A stretch of DNA of 59,545 bases from a virus (Duplodnaviria; Caudoviricetes): positions 1-59,545 of IMG/VR virus record IMGVR_UViG_3300045612_000175. One strand, 5' to 3'. The position numbers and the translations under genes were made by a program. The notes beneath the pieces are model-generated. The model was not told the origin of the DNA. It ran no database searches and saw only the letters and a list, made by a program, of their open reading frames with translations. The stretch's first letter is position 1. Every line of letters starts with the position of its first letter. Below, piece after piece: positions 9,860 through 20,120 of this stretch.

Positions 9860-12800
9860 ATGAGCAACTTTGTCCACCTTCATACTCACAGCGAGTACAG
9901 CCTTCTCGATGGCCTGAGCAAGCCGCGTGCCATGGCGGAGCGAGCCTCGGCCCTTGGACAAAAGGCCATGGCGATTACCGACCATGGCAACATGCATGGC
10001 GCGATTGTCTTTTACGATGCGTGCCATGCGGCTGGCATCAAGCCAATCATCGGCTGCGAGGTCTACACCGCAGAGGCTGGCGACAAGGATGCGGGCCACC
10101 TCATATTGCTCGCGGCCGACAGCACTGGCTACAGGAACCTGAATCAGATCGTGTCGCAGGCCAGCCTCACGAACTTTTATAGGAAGCCGCGTGTGAGCCG
10201 AGAGATGCTGGCCTCTTGGCGAGAAGGCATCATCGTGCTGAGCGGCTGCCTCAGGGGAGACCTTGCGCAGGCCATTATCAATGGAGGCGACCCCATCGAG
10301 GTGGCTCGGTGGTATCGCGACATTTTTGGCGACAGGTACTACATCGAGGTTCATGACCATGGAATCCCAGCTCAAGCAATAGTAAAGCAGGCCGCTGTCG
10401 AAATTGCAAGGACCGTTCGTTCTAGAATTGTTGTCGCTCAGGATAGTCATTTTGTAATGAAGGGCGACGGGCAGGCGCACGAGATGCTGCTTGCCGTGCA
10501 GACAGGTGGGAGGCTATCTGATCCGGGACGCTTCAAGTTTGAGGGCACAGGCTTTCACATTACCTCAGAGGCGGAGATGCTCGAAACATGGCCTCGCGAG
10601 TGGATTGAGGAAAGCGGCCGGATTGCGGACAGATGTGACCTGAAGCTAGAGCTTGGCAAGCAGGTCTTTCCAAAGACACCGGGCGTAGGCGATGATGAGC
10701 AGGGCACCCTAAGGGGACTTGCATATGCTGGCGCACAGGAGCGCTATGGGAGCCTCGCACACAAGGAGCGCCTAGACTATGAACTGGAAACTATTAGTCG
10801 CAATGGCTTCACTCGTTATTTTCTTATCGTTGCAGACATATGTCGGTACGCCAGAAGTGTCGGGATCAGGAATAGCGCACGTGGATCTGTTGGTGGCAGT
10901 CTTGTTGCTTACTGTCTTGGTATTGTGCCTGTAGATCCAATGAGGTTCGGCCTGTCATTTGAGCGCTTCTTAAACGATGGCAGAAGCCCAGACATTGACC
11001 TCGACTTTGAGGATGCAAGGCGAGGCGAGATCATTCAATATATTGCAGCCACCTATGGGCACGACAAGGTAGCGCAGATTGTCACGTTCTCTGAGATTGG
11101 TGGGCGCACGGCATTGCGCGATGTAGGGCGTGCACTGGGCATCGGCTCCGCTCAGATTGATGTATTGGCCAAGTCTGTGCCACTTGGAAGGCGCATTGAG
11201 GAGGCACTTGAGTCTCCGGCACTCAAGGCAATTGAGGGCAGCGACCTCATGCGCTACGCACGGAGGCTTGAAGGCACGATCAGGCATGCAGGCAAGCACG
11301 CGGCAGGTGTCGTTGTTGCCGACAGACCGCTGGTTGAGCGGGCGACACTGATGCGTGACAGTGCAGGCGTGATGCCGATGGTGGGCATCGACATGGCGAG
11401 TGCCGAGCGTGCTGGCCTTATCAAGTTTGATCTGCTGGGACTTAAGACACTGAGCACAGTGAGCCGTGCAGTGGACCTCATTGAAGAGCGCCACGGGCCT
11501 ATGGAGCCGAGCATTGACAGGATTCCTGAAGATGAGACCCGTGTCTGGGAAATGCTTGGGCGCGGAGACTCAGTGGGTGTGTTCCAAGTAGAAAGTCCCG
11601 GAATGCGGCGCGTCCTCAAAGAGATGAAGCCTGCACGAGTTGAGCACCTGCAAGCAGCGGTTGCGCTCTACCGGCCGGGTCCGATGGATAGCATCAAGCC
11701 ATATTGTGAGCGCAGGCATGGGAGAGAACAGGCCACGTACTTGCATCCTGCTCTTGAGCCAGTATTGAGAGACACATATGGCCTCGTGGTCTATCAAGAG
11801 GCAATCATGCAGATTGCGAATAGAGTTGCTGGAATGACTCCATATGAGAGCGACCAGTTTCTAGGAGCAGTGCGCAAAAAGAATCCAGAGAAGCTACGTA
11901 TCTATGAGCCGAAGTTCAAAGCGGGACTAGAGGCCGCGGGTCTCAGTCGAGAGCAGATCGACAAGCTCTGGGCGGAGATCGTGCCATTTGCGAACTATGG
12001 CTTCAATCAGGCGCATGCTGCCGCCTATGGATGGCTTGCGTATCAGACGGCTTGGCTCAAGGCAGTCTGGCCACAGGAGTATTACACGGCGCTTCTTACT
12101 CAGGACTCAGCGGACCCTGAGCGTATGGCAATCATCTGCCATGATGCGCGGCGGCTCGGAGTGAAGATTCATGGACCAAGCGTCAATGAGAGCCTCGCAG
12201 ACTTTAGCGTTGCAAGTGGTGGCGGCATCCGCTTTGGACTTGCTGCAATTAAATATGTGGGAGTGGCTGCACGAGAGGCAATTGTTGCGGCAAGGGCAGG
12301 CGGGCGGTTCACCAGTGTCGAGGACTTTAGGGGGCGAGTGACAAAGCGGGCGGTCAATAGCCGTGCACTTGAGAGCCTTGCCAAGGCCGGTGCATTTGAT
12401 TGCCTAGGGAACAGGAGGCATGTGCTGGCAGCCCTTGGCATTGAAGCGAAAGATATGATTGCTCGGCTCTCATTAGAAAGGGAGGTCATGGGGCTGGCCG
12501 TGAGTGCCGATCCATTGGCCGCATGGGACTTTGTCGCCTTGGGGCGCGACACGACACTGGCCGAGGTCGGACCATTGCTCGACGAGGAGCTGTCGCCACA
12601 GTGCGTCGTGGCTGGCGAACTAATGGAGCGGCGAGACATCACTACCAAGACCGGGAAGCCGATGGCCATTATGATGCTGCGGGATGAGACGGCGACTGTC
12701 AGGCTCAGCGCATTTAGAGAGGCCATTGGCCGCTCGGGCCATGTACTGGTGCCGGGCAAGATCATCATGGCTCTGGCCACTCCAGATCGCTGGCAGGGCG

Positions 12801-12868
12801 AGGATAGCCTGCTGCTGTCCCAAGCATGGGAGCCAGACGCGGGGCTTGACATGGAGGCTGGATCCTAG
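9860..12868 (+). CDS. dnaE: DNA polymerase III alpha subunit (family C) with intact PHP domain
   Basis: HLHTHSEYSLLDG, AITDHG, GCE, QDSH, RGSVGGSLVAY, PDIDLDF, KFDLLGL, YGFNQAHA, C-terminal OB fold. TACACT lies 6 nt before the ATG (possibly leaderless). Confidence 0.97.
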   Translation: MSNFVHLHTHSEYSLLDGLSKPRAMAERASALGQKAMAITDHGNMHGAIVFYDACHAAGIKPIIGCEVYTAEAGDKDAGHLILLAADSTGYRNLNQIVSQASLTNFYRKPRVSREMLASWREGIIVLSGCLRGDLAQAIINGGDPIEVARWYRDIFGDRYYIEVHDHGIPAQAIVKQAAVEIARTVRSRIVVAQDSHFVMKGDGQAHEMLLAVQTGGRLSDPGRFKFEGTGFHITSEAEMLETWPREWIEESGRIADRCDLKLELGKQVFPKTPGVGDDEQGTLRGLAYAGAQERYGSLAHKERLDYELETISRNGFTRYFLIVADICRYARSVGIRNSARGSVGGSLVAYCLGIVPVDPMRFGLSFERFLNDGRSPDIDLDFEDARRGEIIQYIAATYGHDKVAQIVTFSEIGGRTALRDVGRALGIGSAQIDVLAKSVPLGRRIEEALESPALKAIEGSDLMRYARRLEGTIRHAGKHAAGVVVADRPLVERATLMRDSAGVMPMVGIDMASAERAGLIKFDLLGLKTLSTVSRAVDLIEERHGPMEPSIDRIPEDETRVWEMLGRGDSVGVFQVESPGMRRVLKEMKPARVEHLQAAVALYRPGPMDSIKPYCERRHGREQATYLHPALEPVLRDTYGLVVYQEAIMQIANRVAGMTPYESDQFLGAVRKKNPEKLRIYEPKFKAGLEAAGLSREQIDKLWAEIVPFANYGFNQAHAAAYGWLAYQTAWLKAVWPQEYYTALLTQDSADPERMAIICHDARRLGVKIHGPSVNESLADFSVASGGGIRFGLAAIKYVGVAAREAIVAARAGGRFTSVEDFRGRVTKRAVNSRALESLAKAGAFDCLGNRRHVLAALGIEAKDMIARLSLEREVMGLAVSADPLAAWDFVALGRDTTLAEVGPLLDEELSPQCVVAGELMERRDITTKTGKPMAIMMLRDETATVRLSAFREAIGRSGHVLVPGKIIMALATPDRWQGEDSLLLSQAWEPDAGLDMEAGS

Positions 12869-12874
12869 TATGAT
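12846..12874 (+). promoter_or_regulatory. Sigma70-type promoter
   Basis: TTGACA-17-TATGAT. Confidence 0.8.
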
Positions 12875-12911
12875 CTAGGCTGGCCCACGGGCCAAGAAAG
12901 GAAAGAGACCG

Positions 12912-13358
12912 ATGGCAACAGCCGCAGCGGTCAAGGCACCAGAGAGCAATCCTGAGGAGGGGCTGTTCTTCGCCAAGACCTTCAAGAACCCGAAAGGGGA
13001 GTTCACGCTCGTGCTCGATAACTACGAGCTTCGAGAGCACGTCAAGTACGGCACGAGCATCAGCCTGCGCTTCAAGATCGCCGACGAGGGTGAGTTCGAG
13101 GGGCAGTTCGTGAGCCTCACGATTTGGCCAAGCCCGAAGACGAAGCGGCTTGAGCCTTCGTATGGCGCGAAGCCGAATAACTTTGCTCGCGTGCAGATGG
13201 CGCTCATGGGCCGCAAGCTCAAGGACGGCGAGCCGGTGAACTTCAAGACGCTGCTTGCCTCAGGTGCGAAGATGCGCGCCTTTGTCAAGGAGGACGTGAA
13301 GGAAGACGGCAGCCGCTGGCCGAAGATCGACGTAGAGACCATGGAGCACGTGGCCTAG
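12912..13358 (+). CDS. Putative single-stranded DNA-binding protein
   Basis: OB-fold-like pattern, strongly biased codons, located between polymerase and primase. Confidence 0.5.
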   Translation: MATAAAVKAPESNPEEGLFFAKTFKNPKGEFTLVLDNYELREHVKYGTSISLRFKIADEGEFEGQFVSLTIWPSPKTKRLEPSYGAKPNNFARVQMALMGRKLKDGEPVNFKTLLASGAKMRAFVKEDVKEDGSRWPKIDVETMEHVA

Positions 13359-13427
13359 CACGTTCCTTCTCACATACGGCTACTTCAAAAAGGAGGAAGG
13401 GGTCGCGGGGGCGGCCCCTTACTTATC

Positions 13428-15569
13428 ATGGGTAACTTCTTTGATCGCGCGCTAGAATATGTTGGGCGTGGGTGGTTCGTGTTTCCCGTCTGCTGGCCGA
13501 ATGCAAGTGGCTCATGCGGCTGCGGGCGTGGTCATGAGAAGGGCGGCAAAGCCCCATTGGCCGATGGTGGCTACAAGTCTGCGTCCATGGACCTCGACAG
13601 GCTTGAGGAGTGGGACAGGCGCTGGCCTGATGCGAACATTGGCATTGCTCTTGGTGTAAGCGGCCTGTTCGTCATTGACCTTGATGGAGAGGCTGCGGTT
13701 GCCGAGGGACAGAGCCTTGGTCTTGGTGCCACTGCTTGGACAGTCACCGGCAATGGGCAGCACTGGTACTACTCAAGACCGGTCGGGTGCCAAGTCACAA
13801 GGTCTACAGGTCGTGGCCAGAGTGGCAAGATCGACGTGCTTGCAGACGGCGGACTCATTGTGCCTCCGAGTGCCCATGCTTCAGGCAAGGCCTACCAGTG
13901 GGGTCGCACGCCTGAGGCCTGCATGGGAGACCTGCCTGAGCCACCAGCATGGGCGCTAGAGACCTTGGCCGCACAGGTCAAGGCTCGTGTGCCGGTGGCT
14001 ATTGGTGTGGGAGAAGTGTCTGCCATTGCATTGCCTGAGCCTCCTAGTGGGCTAAGCGAGGCGGCCCTGCGTGTCTGGGAGGGCGAGGGCTACGCCGAAG
14101 ACAGGAGCCGTGCGCTGAGCAGGCTCAGTATGTATCTTGCGAATGCTGGCATGGAGTCGGGTCAGATTGCGGGTGTGCTCAAGGGATGGGATGAGGCCAA
14201 GGGCATCGAGTCTGGGCGTGGTCCTAAGTATGCGGGTCGTGCCGATGGTGACATGCGCTATGGCACGCTTGCGACCTCTGCCAAAGAGAAGGTAAAGGCA
14301 CGTCCACAGGGCGACACAAAGGCCACGATCTATGTGCGCCTGTGTGAGGAGTTTGAGGCGCGCTGGCCGGGGCACATGCTTGTAGATGAAGCATGGTACG
14401 AATACAAAGGCGGCGTATGGGAAGAGATCAAGAAGTACGCGATTGAACTTAAAGTGCAAGAACTCATGGGTGCACAAATGAGGCCCAACGTGGTCTTTGG
14501 TGTGGAGCGCATGCTTCGGGGCAGGCTCAGCAAGCCAGCCGATGTATGGAGCGAGGCACCTGAAGTGATCGTGTGCCAAAACGGTGCGGTCGATGTCGAG
14601 ACGGGCCAGTGCTATGGGCATGATCCGAGCTTTTTGGCAAGGCACAAGACATCGTACTTCTATGATCCAGAGGCGACAGCCCCTGTGTGGGAGGCATTTA
14701 TTGCCGACAGGTTCGCACCTGATGTGGCCATGTGGCTTCAGGAATTTGCGGGGCTGTGCCTCACGAATGACATGAGCCATGAAGTTGCTGTCTGGCTCTA
14801 TAGTCCGCCGGGTGCAGGGAAGTCTACGTTTATCACTGGCATGCAACGGGCGCTGGGGCCTGCAAGGTCGGGTCGGCTCTCATTGGCCGACATGGTTCGG
14901 AATCCGAGGTTTAGCCTTGTGAACATTCCGGGCAAGACACTCCTCGTGGCGGCTGAGCAGCCAAGCACGTGGGTCGATTGCAGCGATGTCATCAATAGCC
15001 TGATCTCTGGCGATACAGTTTCGATTGAGGCCAAGCATCAGAACATCTATGACGCGAGGCCAGTCTGCAAGATTCTCTGGGGCATGAATGAATTGCCGAG
15101 GCTACAGTCTGCGGCAGATGGAATCTTCAGGCGCGTCAAGATCGTAAAGATGGCGGCCATCGAGAAGCTTGATCCACGCATCAAGGACAAGATTGAGTCC
15201 GAAGGCGCAGGCATCTTGCGCTGGGCAATGGAGGGACTGAGGCGGCTCCGGCTCAGTGGCCAAGGCCTAGGGGCGAGAGTGCCTGCATCTATTGATGCGG
15301 CAGGCATGGAGTTCCGGCGCTCCAACGATGTGGTGTCCTCGTTCTTTGATGAGCGGATTGAGCGCGATGGTCAGTTGCGGGTGCAGGCCCAAGAGCTGTA
15401 TGATGCCTACAATGCGTGGTGCCTGCGTAATGGCTACAGGCCAAAGAGTAGAAATACCGTGGGCCAAGAGTGGACACGCATGGGGCTAGAGGCAAAAGTT
15501 TCTGGGGGGCGTACGTATTACATCGGTGCGAAGCTTCGCGACATGGGGCTTCCAAGGGAGGACGAATGA
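13428..15569 (+). CDS. Bifunctional primase-polymerase fused to D5/P4-family SF3 helicase
   Basis: GWFVFP, WPDANIGI, VIDLD, HWYY, VPPSAHASGKAYQW; Walker A PPGAGKST; GMNELP; FRR; C-terminal winged helix LYDAYNAWC. Confidence 0.92.
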   Translation: MGNFFDRALEYVGRGWFVFPVCWPNASGSCGCGRGHEKGGKAPLADGGYKSASMDLDRLEEWDRRWPDANIGIALGVSGLFVIDLDGEAAVAEGQSLGLGATAWTVTGNGQHWYYSRPVGCQVTRSTGRGQSGKIDVLADGGLIVPPSAHASGKAYQWGRTPEACMGDLPEPPAWALETLAAQVKARVPVAIGVGEVSAIALPEPPSGLSEAALRVWEGEGYAEDRSRALSRLSMYLANAGMESGQIAGVLKGWDEAKGIESGRGPKYAGRADGDMRYGTLATSAKEKVKARPQGDTKATIYVRLCEEFEARWPGHMLVDEAWYEYKGGVWEEIKKYAIELKVQELMGAQMRPNVVFGVERMLRGRLSKPADVWSEAPEVIVCQNGAVDVETGQCYGHDPSFLARHKTSYFYDPEATAPVWEAFIADRFAPDVAMWLQEFAGLCLTNDMSHEVAVWLYSPPGAGKSTFITGMQRALGPARSGRLSLADMVRNPRFSLVNIPGKTLLVAAEQPSTWVDCSDVINSLISGDTVSIEAKHQNIYDARPVCKILWGMNELPRLQSAADGIFRRVKIVKMAAIEKLDPRIKDKIESEGAGILRWAMEGLRRLRLSGQGLGARVPASIDAAGMEFRRSNDVVSSFFDERIERDGQLRVQAQELYDAYNAWCLRNGYRPKSRNTVGQEWTRMGLEAKVSGGRTYYIGAKLRDMGLPREDE

Positions 15570-16180
15570 TCCGGGCAATGCTTGTGGGGCGTGCAGGCGT
15601 AGGCAAGGACACGGTTGCTGCGTTCATGAAGAAGCACGCAGGCGAGCCAGTGGCCTTGGCCTCGCTCGCTGAGGGCGTGAAGCTTCAGGTCGCTGCCATG
15701 CTCGACATGGCAATCGACAAGTATGGCGTGCCACGCGCGAAGCTCTGGCAAGGCAGCGATGAGAGTGTGATGCGAAACGCAAATGAGTCGAGGAGTCTGC
15801 TCAGGCCAATATGGCAGTGGTATGGTACGGACTTCGTGCGGAGCGCTGATCCGGGCTTTTGGATCAGGGACTTGCATAAGCGCACTGGCCATGTGCAGAA
15901 CCTCATTGTGACCGATTGCCGCTTCAAGAACGAGGCAGACTATGCGAGGCGCAACGGACTCGTGCTGCTGAGAGTGGCTGGCCCTGATCGGCGCAATACA
16001 CCAGAGGGCGACCCGGTCCTGAGGCACGAGAGCGAGCGGCAAGTAGATGACATTGCTTGCCAGTTCGTGATCGACAACGGGTGCACGCTCACTGAGCTTG
16101 AGGATTACGTGGCGTCGGCGGTGCTGCCGTTTGTGCGGCTGCACTCATTCCATGGAAAGGAAATTGCTGATGGCTTTTGA
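15566..16180 (+). CDS. Deoxynucleoside monophosphate kinase
   Basis: GRAGVGKDT, QWYGTDFVR, VTDCRFKNE, HESE. Confidence 0.88.
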   Translation: MIRAMLVGRAGVGKDTVAAFMKKHAGEPVALASLAEGVKLQVAAMLDMAIDKYGVPRAKLWQGSDESVMRNANESRSLLRPIWQWYGTDFVRSADPGFWIRDLHKRTGHVQNLIVTDCRFKNEADYARRNGLVLLRVAGPDRRNTPEGDPVLRHESERQVDDIACQFVIDNGCTLTELEDYVASAVLPFVRLHSFHGKEIADGF

Positions 16181-18365
16181 TGGTTTGCGCAAGAAGGTGT
16201 TCCTCGACAGGTACGCACTGAGGGCAGAAGACGGCACAGTGGTCGAGGCAACCCCCGAGCACATGTGGAGGCGCGTAGCCCGAGGCGTCGCGCAGGTCGA
16301 GGAGCCGAAGAATCGCGCCCACTGGGAGGATGTTTTCTATGGCGCGCTTGAGGACTTCAAGTTCGTACCGGGAGGACGCATCCTCTCGGGGGCAGGCACC
16401 GGCCATGATGTCACGTACTACAACTGCTTTGTGATCCCGAGTCCTGAGGATAGCCGCGAAGGCATCATCAAGAATCTCGGCATCATGGTGGATCTCATGG
16501 CACGGGGTGGTGGCGTGGGTGTGAACCTTAGTAGCCTCAGGCCTCGTGGCTCATACATCAAGACAGTGAACGGGCGCTCAAGCGGCCCGTGCTCGTGGGC
16601 GGAGCTGTACTCTGTCGCGACAGGCGACGTGATTCAGCAAGGTGGCACGAGGCGCGGTGCGCTCATGCTCATGCTCAATGACGACCACCCAGACATCGAA
16701 GAGTTCATTAGTGTCAAGCGAGACCTCAAGAGACTCAATCACGCGAACCTGAGTGTGTGCGTGTCTGACTCTTTCATGCAGGCAGTCAAGGCTGATGGGC
16801 CTTGGGACCTCAAGTGGGATGGCAAGGTCTTGCGCACAATCAAGGCCGCAGACCTCTGGGCCAAGATCTGTGAGAGCGCATGGGCCTCAGGCGAGCCGGG
16901 CCTTGTCTGGATGGAGCGCTACAACAAGCAGGCCCCGACGTATTACTACGAGAATATCATATGCGTAAATCCTTGTGGGGAGCAGGGGCTTCCTGAGTGG
17001 GGTGTCTGCAACCTTGGGGCACTGAACCTTGCTGCGTTTGTCAATGATGGGGTCTTCGACTTCGTGGGCCTCGGCGATGTCACGCGAAGGGCCGTGCGGT
17101 TCCTCGACAATGTGATTGATAGCACGGGCTATTGGTACGAGGAGAACAGGCAGGCACAGCAGGAGGCCACGAGGCGCATTGGCCTCGGCACGATGGGCCT
17201 TGCTGATGCACTGATTGCCCTCAAGATTCCGTATGGCAGCGATGAGTGTATCGACTTTATTGATCGAGCATATGGAACAATTGCAACGCATGCGTACAGT
17301 GCGAGCGCAGACCTTGCATATGAGCGCGGCTCATTTGGCAAGTATGAGCGTGAGGCGTATGCGCGTGGCTGGTTCATGACCAACGTGCTCGACAGGAGTG
17401 TGCGCGCGAAGATCCATGACCTCGGGATCAGAAACGCCGTGCTTCTGACGCAGGCTCCGACAGGTACCACGAGCCTCCTCGCAGGGGTGTCGTCGGGCAT
17501 TGAGCCGATCTATGACTTTGTGATGAAAAGGACCGACAGGATCGGCACGCACATCATCAAGCATCCTGCGCTTGAGGAGTGGGATGCGCAGGCAGGCGAA
17601 GGCCAAGAGTCACGTGGCATGCCTCCGTGGCTTGTGTCGGCCAATGATCTGGCACCCGAGGATCACGTGCGTGTGCAGGCGGCAATCCAGCGATGGACAG
17701 ACAGCAGTATCTCGAAGACATGCAACGCACCACGCTGGCACACGGTCAAGGACGTAGAGACTCTCTACATGATGGCCTATGATCTTGGGTGCAAGGGGAT
17801 TACGTACTTCCGTGACGGATGTCGTGAGGGTGTACTGAGCCACGTTGAGCCGGAGCCAGTGCCAGTGCCAGTGAAGGCCAAGGTGACGAGGCCTCAGGTT
17901 CTTGGCGGCAACACCGCGCGAGTGACCACGAAGCTTGGCACGATGTTCGGCACCATCGCAACATTGGATGATGGCTCGCCCTACGAGATGTTCTTGAATC
18001 TCGGGCGCTCAGGCTCTGAGACTTCCACATTCATGGAGGCACTTGGGCGGCTTGTGAGTCTTGTCTTGCAGGTCGATGAGCAAGGCCCTGAGGCGAGGTT
18101 GCGTGAAGTGCGGAACCAGCTCAGGGGGATTGGTGGCGTGCAGACAGGCGCATATGGGCTGAAGATTCGCTCAGTGCCTGATGCAGTGGCCGAGGTCATC
18201 GACCTGATTCAAGGCTGGGGAGTCGAGGCAGACGTGTTCATGCCTGAGCTTGCGGGGCCAAGGTCGAAGGTGGCCGCAGACCTGTGCCCTGAGTGTGGCT
18301 CGGCAAGCCTCATTAAGGAAGAGGGCTGCTCAAAGTGCTATAGTTGCGGCTACAGCGCTTGCTAG
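16170..18365 (+). CDS. nrdJ: Class II (adenosylcobalamin) ribonucleotide reductase with C-terminal TSCPD/Zn-ribbon
   Basis: PGGRIL, YNCFV, NPCGEQ, CNLG, APTGT, DSSISKT, KGITYFRDG, SVPD, CPECG...CYSCGYSAC. No beta subunit in the window. Confidence 0.93.
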   Translation: MAFDGLRKKVFLDRYALRAEDGTVVEATPEHMWRRVARGVAQVEEPKNRAHWEDVFYGALEDFKFVPGGRILSGAGTGHDVTYYNCFVIPSPEDSREGIIKNLGIMVDLMARGGGVGVNLSSLRPRGSYIKTVNGRSSGPCSWAELYSVATGDVIQQGGTRRGALMLMLNDDHPDIEEFISVKRDLKRLNHANLSVCVSDSFMQAVKADGPWDLKWDGKVLRTIKAADLWAKICESAWASGEPGLVWMERYNKQAPTYYYENIICVNPCGEQGLPEWGVCNLGALNLAAFVNDGVFDFVGLGDVTRRAVRFLDNVIDSTGYWYEENRQAQQEATRRIGLGTMGLADALIALKIPYGSDECIDFIDRAYGTIATHAYSASADLAYERGSFGKYEREAYARGWFMTNVLDRSVRAKIHDLGIRNAVLLTQAPTGTTSLLAGVSSGIEPIYDFVMKRTDRIGTHIIKHPALEEWDAQAGEGQESRGMPPWLVSANDLAPEDHVRVQAAIQRWTDSSISKTCNAPRWHTVKDVETLYMMAYDLGCKGITYFRDGCREGVLSHVEPEPVPVPVKAKVTRPQVLGGNTARVTTKLGTMFGTIATLDDGSPYEMFLNLGRSGSETSTFMEALGRLVSLVLQVDEQGPEARLREVRNQLRGIGGVQTGAYGLKIRSVPDAVAEVIDLIQGWGVEADVFMPELAGPRSKVAADLCPECGSASLIKEEGCSKCYSCGYSAC

Positions 18366-18372
18366 GGAACTC

Positions 18373-18401
18373 GCGGGGGGCTTCGGCCTCCCGCTCTTTT
18401 T
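18373..18401 (+). terminator. Intrinsic terminator
   Basis: GCGGGGGGC-TTCG-GCCTCCCGC-tcttttt. Confidence 0.8.
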
Positions 18402-18413
18402 GGGAGGCATCTT

Positions 18414-18830
18414 ATGGCTAGGCCGCAAAGCTGTCCGGGCGGGCAGCATCAAATCACTTGGTTCACGCCGAGCCTTGGCATGTGCACGGGGCATCCGTGT
18501 GTATGGCGCTACGACGAGGGGCGCGAAGGCTGGGGGAACCTCAAGGGAGACTGGGGGGCGACGGCCGTCGAACTTGGCAAGGCGTTGCATCTCTTAATGA
18601 ATGAGCCGAAGCCTGTGGAGGCCGCCCCATTGCCACGGCCTTCATTGCCAATGCCTGATCCAGACAGTGGGCGAGAGCTGCTTGTGCAATGGCGTGCGAG
18701 CATGAAAGTCAGTCAAAGGCAGGCCAGCGTCTTGCTCAAGATAAGTCGTAGCTTCATCGCAGACATTGAGTGTGGTCGCAAAAAGCTTTCACCAAAGCTC
18801 TGGGAAAAAATTAGTAATGCCACACCTTAG
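18414..18830 (+). CDS. XRE-family HTH protein
   Basis: C-terminal SQRQASVLLKISRSFIADIECG. Confidence 0.7.
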   Translation: MARPQSCPGGQHQITWFTPSLGMCTGHPCVWRYDEGREGWGNLKGDWGATAVELGKALHLLMNEPKPVEAAPLPRPSLPMPDPDSGRELLVQWRASMKVSQRQASVLLKISRSFIADIECGRKKLSPKLWEKISNATP

Positions 18831-19665
18831 TTTCAGCCAGCTCACCACACTCTGGGGTTGCCCGGAGAAGCACAGGCGCACGTATGTGCTTGGGGAGCGC
18901 GAGGCACCAAGCCCCGCAATCATCATGGGACAGGCCGCGCACTCAGGCATTGAAGGCGCACTGAGGGCAAGCCAAGGACGCATGCCATTTGGCAAGGCAG
19001 GCGTAGTGGCAGAGGTCGAGAGACGCTGGCATGAACTTGCCAAGGGCGTGGTCGATTGGAGCGACGGGCCAAAGAAGCTTGAGCCAGAGACGGGGCTGGC
19101 CTATGCCAAGGCCATGGCGCAGGCACTCTATGAGCATGCAGTCCCTGAGGTGAGGCGCGGCTCTACGCACTGTGAGTGGCGCTTTGATGAGGACATTGCT
19201 GGAGAGCCGGGCTGGACATTTACTGGGTCGATTGACCACATGCGAACGGTGTCGAAGCAGATCATCATTGATGACTGGAAGACAACAAGCAGCCGCTGGA
19301 GCCAAAGCCGAGCAGACGCCAGCCTCCAAGTCGATGCCTACTACTGGGCGGTGAGGCGTGCTTTTGGCAAATTGCCGTCCAAGTTTGTGTTTCATGTGGT
19401 GACTAGGCCGAAGCTCGTCAAGGGGCCGAGCGGCACGTTTGAGCTTGGTGAGTGCTCATATGATTCGTATGAGACAAGCCGAGAGCCGGGGGCAATTGAC
19501 CTGTTTGAGAAGCGCATAGGCCTAGGCGTGCAGTACATCAAGCGCATGCATGACGCAGAGGCCATGTCTGATCCGAGGACCGACTGGGAGTATCACAAGT
19601 ACTGCTCGTTTAAGAAGCATTGCACGCCGTGGGAGCTTGGCACGCTTGGGAACGTCATACTCTAA
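18817..19665 (+). CDS. PD-(D/E)XK exonuclease (RecB/Cas4-like)
   Basis: LSFSQL...CP, GQAAH, GSIDH, DDWKT, QVDAY, CSFKKHC. Confidence 0.85.
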   Translation: MPHLSFSQLTTLWGCPEKHRRTYVLGEREAPSPAIIMGQAAHSGIEGALRASQGRMPFGKAGVVAEVERRWHELAKGVVDWSDGPKKLEPETGLAYAKAMAQALYEHAVPEVRRGSTHCEWRFDEDIAGEPGWTFTGSIDHMRTVSKQIIIDDWKTTSSRWSQSRADASLQVDAYYWAVRRAFGKLPSKFVFHVVTRPKLVKGPSGTFELGECSYDSYETSREPGAIDLFEKRIGLGVQYIKRMHDAEAMSDPRTDWEYHKYCSFKKHCTPWELGTLGNVIL

Positions 19666-20120
19666 TGCGCACGGCAAGGACTGGACCTGCGGATGACCTA
19701 GCAGACGGAATTGTCTACAGGTCCACGTGGGAAAGGAACATTGCTCGGTACTTGCGCTACATGGGTATTGAAGCCAAGTATGAGCCGAAGCGCTTCTATT
19801 TTCCGGGAAAGGCATGGAGCGAAAGCTACTTGCCTGACTGGCGGCTTATGATTGAGCCGCCACCGGGTTTCAGTGAAGTCTACATAGAACTCAAAGGGTG
19901 GCTCGACAAGAAGAGCATCAGGCGCTTGAAAAACATGCGGGCATACTATGGGAAGCGAGGCATCTTGTGTATACTTATTGATGAAGACTCTTATGCGAGG
20001 ATAGAAAATGACTATGCAGAGCGGATCAATGGCTGGGAGGGAAGCTCCATACGAAGGCAGCGGACTTCAGTCGAACAACTCGGCGAAGGCCCCGTTTCAA
20101 GTGAGGGCGAGGCTCAATGA
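19665..20120 (+). CDS. PD-(D/E)XK endonuclease (T7 endo I-like, possible resolvase)
   Basis: YRSTWE, YEPKRF, YLPDW, YIELKGW. Confidence 0.8.
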   Translation: MRTARTGPADDLADGIVYRSTWERNIARYLRYMGIEAKYEPKRFYFPGKAWSESYLPDWRLMIEPPPGFSEVYIELKGWLDKKSIRRLKNMRAYYGKRGILCILIDEDSYARIENDYAERINGWEGSSIRRQRTSVEQLGEGPVSSEGEAQ

